A stretch of DNA of 17,181 nt from Zygophlyctis sp. KS116 (lineage: Eukaryota > Fungi > Chytridiomycota): contig BAAFSQ010000215.1 in the NCBI GenBank assembly GCA_054661495.1, forward strand, positions 1 to 17,181. Direction: 5' to 3'. Below, piece after piece: positions 12,063-17,181 of this stretch. Position numbers and translations under genes: made by a program. Each line of letters begins with the position of its first letter. The stretch's first letter is position 1. The notes under the pieces were generated by a model. It was given only the letters and a program-made list of their open reading frames with translations. It was not told where the DNA came from and ran no database searches.

Positions 12063-12111
12063 TATTCCGTACTATTAGTTCCATGACTCATGGAACTAAT
12101 AGTACGGAATA
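12063..12111. repeat. Perfect inverted repeat, 24-bp arms with 1-nt centre
   Basis: TATTCCGTACTATTAGTTCCATGA-C-TCATGGAACTAATAGTACGGAATA. Confidence 0.97.
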
Positions 12112-12196
12112 TCATGGACCATGTCTCTCAGTTTATGCAATCTTTTGATAAATCTTTGAAAAGTAGACTCAAACTACAATTTAGAAATGGAAGTTG

Positions 12197-12519
12197 CTAT
12201 TTTTTTTGTGTGCCAACAATTGCGGCAATAATGATAATCAGAATAAGAGCGGCTATTCCTCCAATTATCAACTTAAGTTTCAAATCTTTCCACCACATTT
12301 GCTTCCTTACTTTGTTAGCTCCTCTTTTGAACTGAAGTGAGGAGTTTTGCAAGTCATCTAGACTTAAAAAAAGTTTATCTTACCAGTCTTATTTTGAAGA
12401 GACTCCAATTGTTCTCCTCTCTGAACGACTTTATAGATATTATCTTGCATAATACCCACTACCTCATCTACTTCCTTTTGTACTTGCGCAGTCTTTGATG
12501 CTTCTGGCTTTGATGACAT
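12197..12519 (-). CDS. SNC1: Synaptobrevin/VAMP R-SNARE (Snc1/2-like; missed by ORF track)
   Basis: MSSKPEASKTAQVQKEVDEVVGIMQDNIYKVVQRGEQLESLQNKT|DDLQNSSLQFKRGANKVRKQMWWKDLKLKLIIGGIAALILIIIIAAIVGTQKK*. 26-nt intron 12358-12383. Confidence 0.95.
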
Positions 12520-12610
12520 TCAACAAAAAATTGAATGTTGGCGGCGTTTTTGCGGCGTTATCAGTCCACCCCGGAGATTTTCTCAAACCTCAAAGATTGC
12601 AAGATTAAGT

Positions 12611-13276
12611 TTAAATGTCTTTATAACCATCTTTTTCACTGTAAACCCCAAGAATCTTTAATTTACATTCAGCCATTTTGACACCGAATATCTTTAATAA
12701 TTGTGCTTGAGATGTAGTCAATGCTTCGCCTTTGGAAACAACCGTAAAATCTTTCAAAAGAGTTACTACCCCTTTTACAAGAGTAGTAGGTAGACCACAA
12801 GATCTAACTAAAGGTTCCATATTATGAGGAATTGGTTCATCAAATCTAGTTAATGGACCTGATTTTAGAGTAAAAGTAGATGAAGCTATTCCACCACTTC
12901 TTCCATAATCAATCATGGTTTTAGAATCAAAATACTCTTGAACATCCTGTAAATTCTGATTAGTAAACATTAAACCAATATTTCCAGTACATTTTAAAGC
13001 CAATTCATGAATTCCAGGACAAACTTCTTCTTCCAAACTATTGCCTAAAGCTCTAGCCATGATTTTGTTTTTTCCAAAGTAGAATTTAGAGTCTGAAAAA
13101 TGTGATCTGAATTCTTGAATAAAAATAGTTCTTGAATTTTCAATTATAAAAAGAATGCAAGTTTCATAGTTATCAATGGAGTGTCTAATAGCATCAATGA
13201 GTTTAGATTTTGACTCTCTAGTCTTTTTTTCTGTTGCAGAGAGATGAATCAACTTGTTTCTTTTAGATTTTGGCAT
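12611..13276 (-). CDS. MRT4: 60S ribosome assembly factor Mrt4 (uL10/P0 paralog)
   Basis: MPKSKRNKLIHLS, FYFGKNKIMARALG, GNIGLMFTN, DYGRSG, HNMEPLVRSCGLPT, QAQLLKIFG. ATG at 13276. Confidence 0.95.
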   Translation of the reverse strand: MPKSKRNKLIHLSATEKKTRESKSKLIDAIRHSIDNYETCILFIIENSRTIFIQEFRSHFSDSKFYFGKNKIMARALGNSLEEEVCPGIHELALKCTGNIGLMFTNQNLQDVQEYFDSKTMIDYGRSGGIASSTFTLKSGPLTRFDEPIPHNMEPLVRSCGLPTTLVKGVVTLLKDFTVVSKGEALTTSQAQLLKIFGVKMAECKLKILGVYSEKDGYKDI

Positions 13277-13395
13277 TTTCAAGAGGAAAAAAAGATAAAA
13301 TCGAAAAAAATTTGTTGCAATTTTTTGGTTAGGTTCTTAAATCAATGGTAGGCTGATGAGCAAGGTTGGTGAGTAAGGTTGGTTGCATTTGAGAA
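13277..13395. promoter_or_regulatory. Short divergent promoter between MRT4 and the NIPA gene
   Basis: 119-nt head-to-head spacer containing GAAAAAAATTT (13303-13313), GATGAG (13355-13360) and two copies of AAGGTTGGT. Confidence 0.5.
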
Positions 13396-14545
13396 ATGGA
13401 ATGGATCGGAATTACAGTTTCTCTCGCATCTTCTTCTTTAGCATCACTCGGTGTGAACTTACAGGCTTTAGGTCTCCAAAAGGAAAATAATCAGGAGCAG
13501 CAGCCATTGTTACAACCTCTTTCTCCGGTTGAAACACAAGATAACCAAGCTCAGTCTCAGAATGCAATGTCAGGCCAGAGTCTCTCAAAGAATAAATTAT
13601 GGATCATTGGATTTACTCTTTATTTAATCTTTGAAACATTTGGATCAGTTGTTGCATTGGCTTTTATATCTCCAGTGATTTTAGCGCCATTGGGTGCATC
13701 TGGTCTCGTATTTAATGCCTTATGGTCAAAAGTTCTATTAGGAACACGACTCAGTTACTTGGATGCTGTAGGAACGGGTGCAATAGGAATCGGAACAGGT
13801 TTGATTTCTTGGTTTGGTAGCTTTTTGCCCGATGGAGGTATCTTAAATAATTTGTAAATATAAAGGAAGAACTGTAAATGACTTAATTTCTCATTTATCA
13901 CATCCTTCAGTCATTTCTTACTTTTTAGTACAATTTTCATTTATGGTGGTCTTGTTTTTGGTTATAAAATATTTTGAACTTGGATTAAAATTTTTTAATT
14001 CAAGTAGTCCAGATTATGGTTCACCAACAAGCATAGTGTCTCAAGATTCTCTAAAGTAAATCAAAATTTTATAATTTTATAAATTAGAAATGTAGATAAT
14101 ATTACAGTAGTAGTTGGTATATTATACTCGATTCTAGGTGGAATTGCTGCTTCAGATACGCTTTTATTGACTAAAACTGGAATAGATATGCTTCTCTTTT
14201 CTATATTCAACTCTGATAATCAATTTCAAGGATTTATATCTTTTTTACTGCTAGGACTTATTGGTCTCAGCATTTTTTTACAGGTAAAACAGACAATGCT
14301 AATGATAGCTTAATTGTCTTAATCGCGCGTTGGGATATGAAGAACCAATTATTGTTGTGCCCTTGTTTTATTCAGTGTATACATGCCTCTCTGTATTGAA
14401 TACTATTGTATATCTGAATTCTTCTGAAATTGATGATTATCCTATTTTATTTATTGGGTTAATATTTTTGATGAGTGGTGTATGGATTTTAAGATTGGCA
14501 AGACTAAAAACTCTACAAGTTTTAGAGCCTGTATCATCTGAATAA
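13396..14545 (+). CDS. NIPA/DUF803-family magnesium transporter-like membrane protein
   Basis: LGVNLQ, LWIIGF.LY, ALAFISPVILAPLGASGLVFNALWS..LLG, LNRAL....PIIVVPLFYSVYT. Introns 13838-13865 (28), 14056-14087 (32), 14284-14308 (25). Confidence 0.88.
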
Positions 14546-14605
14546 TTCTTGTTTAAATATTTCAAAACTAATAAGATAAGATTGCCACAAACCCTACTTA
14601 CTTTA

Positions 14606-15554
14606 ATGTCGACATTTCTCCAGCATATCAAGAAGACTTTTACCTATTCTTCAGAAATATTCTTTCCAGGCCTAATTACTCTCTTTCGGGGAATCTCTAC
14701 TCGAGTAGCTCTTGGCCTCAAAACCGGAGAGATCGGTCCCGCAACTGCAAGAAGAGAGATAAGGCTTGTTGCTGATATAGCTTCAGATCTCAAGAGAGTT
14801 CTACCTACCGCAGCGTTTATGGCATTACCATTCTATTGGACTTCACCGATTGTTTTCTGGTTTGCGCCAGGGCTAATTCCAAAGTCATTTTACAATTTGG
14901 ATCTCTTGGTAAGTTTAAATTACTTTTTAATTAAAGAAACTAAAGGGAAGTGTTAGATCAAAACTGCGTCAGAGAATGAAGCCCGAAATATTAAATAAAG
15001 TTGATTCTGGTCTTCAGAAAAAGTTGCCATCGGATCAGTATATGAAATGGCAAAAGATCTTATCAAACGAATCAAAAATAGTCTTTTCTTTTGATCTTTT
15101 TAGGAACAATTTAAATCTTTTCAATATGCCATATCGGTATTAATACCTTTTGTGATTAATCCTTAGTCAGGCGACTTTATTTGCAAAAAATGTCGGACTT
15201 GCACTTCCTTTTATTTATCCAAAAACTAGACTCTTGAAGTGGATTGATTGGATATTAAAAGATGATGTTCTCATAGATAAAGAGGGTGTCCGATCACTTT
15301 CTGAATTTGAACTTTTGGAAGCTCTGGAAGATAGAGGATTGTCTGTAAATCAATCATTGTCAGAGTCACGAGCAATTCTGAATAATTATTTGCAATTTTC
15401 AAACAATGTCCGCAAAATATGTTTAGATGATAAAAGTCGCTTAAATTCTGTTCAGAGTGCGATAGTTCCTTTAGAAACTAACAAGCGTCTAAATGCGATA
15501 GATAAAGGTGCAATTTTAAGCGCTCTAATTATCTCAAATTCTCAAAAGATTTAA
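14606..15554 (+). CDS. LETM1/Mdm38-like mitochondrial protein
   Basis: RREIRL....SDLKRVLP.AAF.ALPF...P......PGLIP and RL..WI.KDD.LI.KEGV.SLS..EL.EA...RG. Introns 14909-14936 (28) and 15137-15166 (30). First ATG at 14606. Confidence 0.8.
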
Positions 15555-15560
15555 GAATAA

Positions 15561-17042
15561 TTATTTGCTAGATTTTATTTCCATGATTTCTAATTCTAAT
15601 GCCTTGATTCGCTCTAAAAGACCATTTTTCTCAAGAGCGAGATTATTGATTTCTTCTAATAAATGATAATCAGTCTGGGTACCCTTTGCAGAAGTAGAAA
15701 TAACTTTTGTCCGTAAAATTTCAAATTCCAATAATTGAGAGGCAGTAGGCCTATGAGTTGGATTTTCAGACATTAGCCACAATATCAATGCCATTTCTTT
15801 AGGGTATTTAGTCACAAAGTCATCGGGAAGCATCCCATTCTTTAGAGAATTTAAAACTTGCGATTTTTCCATTTGAGTTTTAAAGGGATACATTAATTCA
15901 AAAAGAACAATCCCCAAAGAATATATATCTGCTTGTGTAGTATACTTGAAATCTGTTAAAGTTTCTGGCGCAGAATATGTAACTGTCCCAACACCCAAAG
16001 AAAGTCTATGAGAAGAACTTTCATCAGATTCCGAAACAATCTTTGAACTATCTATTGAAGTAGCCAGTCCAAAATCACCCAATTTCCATGAACAACTATT
16101 TTTACAAGCCTTATACTGTTTAAAAATATTTAAAGGCTTTAAATCTCTATGTATAAATCCTTGTGAATGAATATATCCCAGTCCTGAAACTATAGCAAAA
16201 AATATATCCTGTATTTCCTCTACATGTACGTGAGGATCATTTTTTGAATTCCTTGAAGAAATCCAATCTTCTAACGATTCTCCACACAATTCCATTTGAA
16301 TATACAAAACCAACTGCGTTTCTTTTGAAACATTTGAAGATTCTTGAGAATCACTAGCTGATCTTGGAATTATCTCTACGGGATCGCTTATCCCTGCTGA
16401 ATTAATCAGCTCTGAGGTATCCTCGGAACAATAAGAATCTCCAATTGATTCCCAATCACCGTCACTCATATTCTTATAAACCCCATGTTCTATCCAAGAC
16501 GTAAAATAGCGAACAACATTTTGATGTGATAATCTGGCCAAAAGTTTAACCTCTCTTGTAATTTTATCGAAATCTATAGGCTTCTGCAGTAAAACTTTCT
16601 TTACAGCATATTCTACACCATCTAAACGATTTAAAACTTTCCAAACTTGACCAAATCCCCCTTTTCCTAATAAAGAAATTTCATTGAATTCATTAGAGTA
16701 CCTAGAGTCATCAAAGAGAGATGCAAGCGGGTTTTCTTTAGCAGGTTGTAATAATTTTATAGTTGAAATATCCTGTAAAGCTTGAATTATAAGAGTTTTA
16801 AATATTTGTTTATAAGTTGATGCCATCGCTATTCCTTCTAATACATCTTCATTTTGAATGATTCCCAGTAACGTTAATTTCTTACAAATTTCTAAAAATA
16901 GCTTAGAATTTAATTCTGGTGATTGATCAAATGAATTGATAAAGTTTTCTAAAAGAGAAACTAGCAAAAGCTGAGACTGTCTTTTGAAATGCTTCTCTCC
17001 TGATCCCTTTAATATTGAATTTATTGGAATAAGCGACGACAT
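15561..17042 (-). CDS. eIF2-alpha kinase, HRI (EIF2AK1)-like
   Basis: SRY.NEF.E...LGKGGFG, LDGVEYAVKK, REVKLLA.L.H.NVVRY..SW, acidic insert, LYIQMELC, IHRDLKP, LGDFGLA, GVGT.TY.APE. N-terminal QLLLVSLLE motif as in HRI and a C-terminal coiled coil. Confidence 0.9.
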   Translation of the reverse strand: MSSLIPINSILKGSGEKHFKRQSQLLLVSLLENFINSFDQSPELNSKLFLEICKKLTLLGIIQNEDVLEGIAMASTYKQIFKTLIIQALQDISTIKLLQPAKENPLASLFDDSRYSNEFNEISLLGKGGFGQVWKVLNRLDGVEYAVKKVLLQKPIDFDKITREVKLLARLSHQNVVRYFTSWIEHGVYKNMSDGDWESIGDSYCSEDTSELINSAGISDPVEIIPRSASDSQESSNVSKETQLVLYIQMELCGESLEDWISSRNSKNDPHVHVEEIQDIFFAIVSGLGYIHSQGFIHRDLKPLNIFKQYKACKNSCSWKLGDFGLATSIDSSKIVSESDESSSHRLSLGVGTVTYSAPETLTDFKYTTQADIYSLGIVLFELMYPFKTQMEKSQVLNSLKNGMLPDDFVTKYPKEMALILWLMSENPTHRPTASQLLEFEILRTKVISTSAKGTQTDYHLLEEINNLALEKNGLLERIKALELEIMEIKSSK

Positions 17043-17181
17043 CGACCAATATATTAGGGCTAACTGCTGGGACGATCGGTCAAATTGTCAAATGAAACAG
17101 CGTGTAGATTCTTTATAATATACTGATTTTACTCTGGAAGACTTTAGAAATGATCTGTGATGGATGCATTATAAATAAATG

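Noticed and set aside
12090-12335. 81-aa plus-strand ORF
   Set aside because: Antisense shadow of synaptobrevin, with its ATG coming from the palindrome.

Overview
AT-rich, extremely compact eukaryotic DNA, most consistent with an early-diverging (chytrid-like) fungus. This is an inference from two velvet-family genes, an Sfp1-like factor and spliceosomal introns. Bases 1-1070 are a pile of decayed transposon fragments (two hAT-type transposase N-termini flanking a Ty3/Gypsy reverse transcriptase piece). The rest holds 16 protein genes that I reconstructed by hand, three of them absent from the ORF track (RAMP4/SERP1, 5-hydroxyisourate hydrolase, synaptobrevin). Two architectural features stand out. 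(1) 25 of 26 reconstructed introns are only 24-32 nt, with GTA donors (one GTG) and TAG/AAG acceptors, never CAG. (2) Gene packing is operon-like: same-strand genes are separated by 1 nt (TAA-A-ATG), 5 nt and 27 nt, and convergent genes by 6-21 nt or a shared palindromic TCATGA stop. The best candidate for an undescribed system is a purine-catabolism unit in which a 75-nt divergent spacer points to HIU hydrolase on one side and to a Tim17-like gene stop/start-coupled to allantoicase on the other, i.e. possible dicistronic expression. Family calls come from recalled motifs, not database searches.
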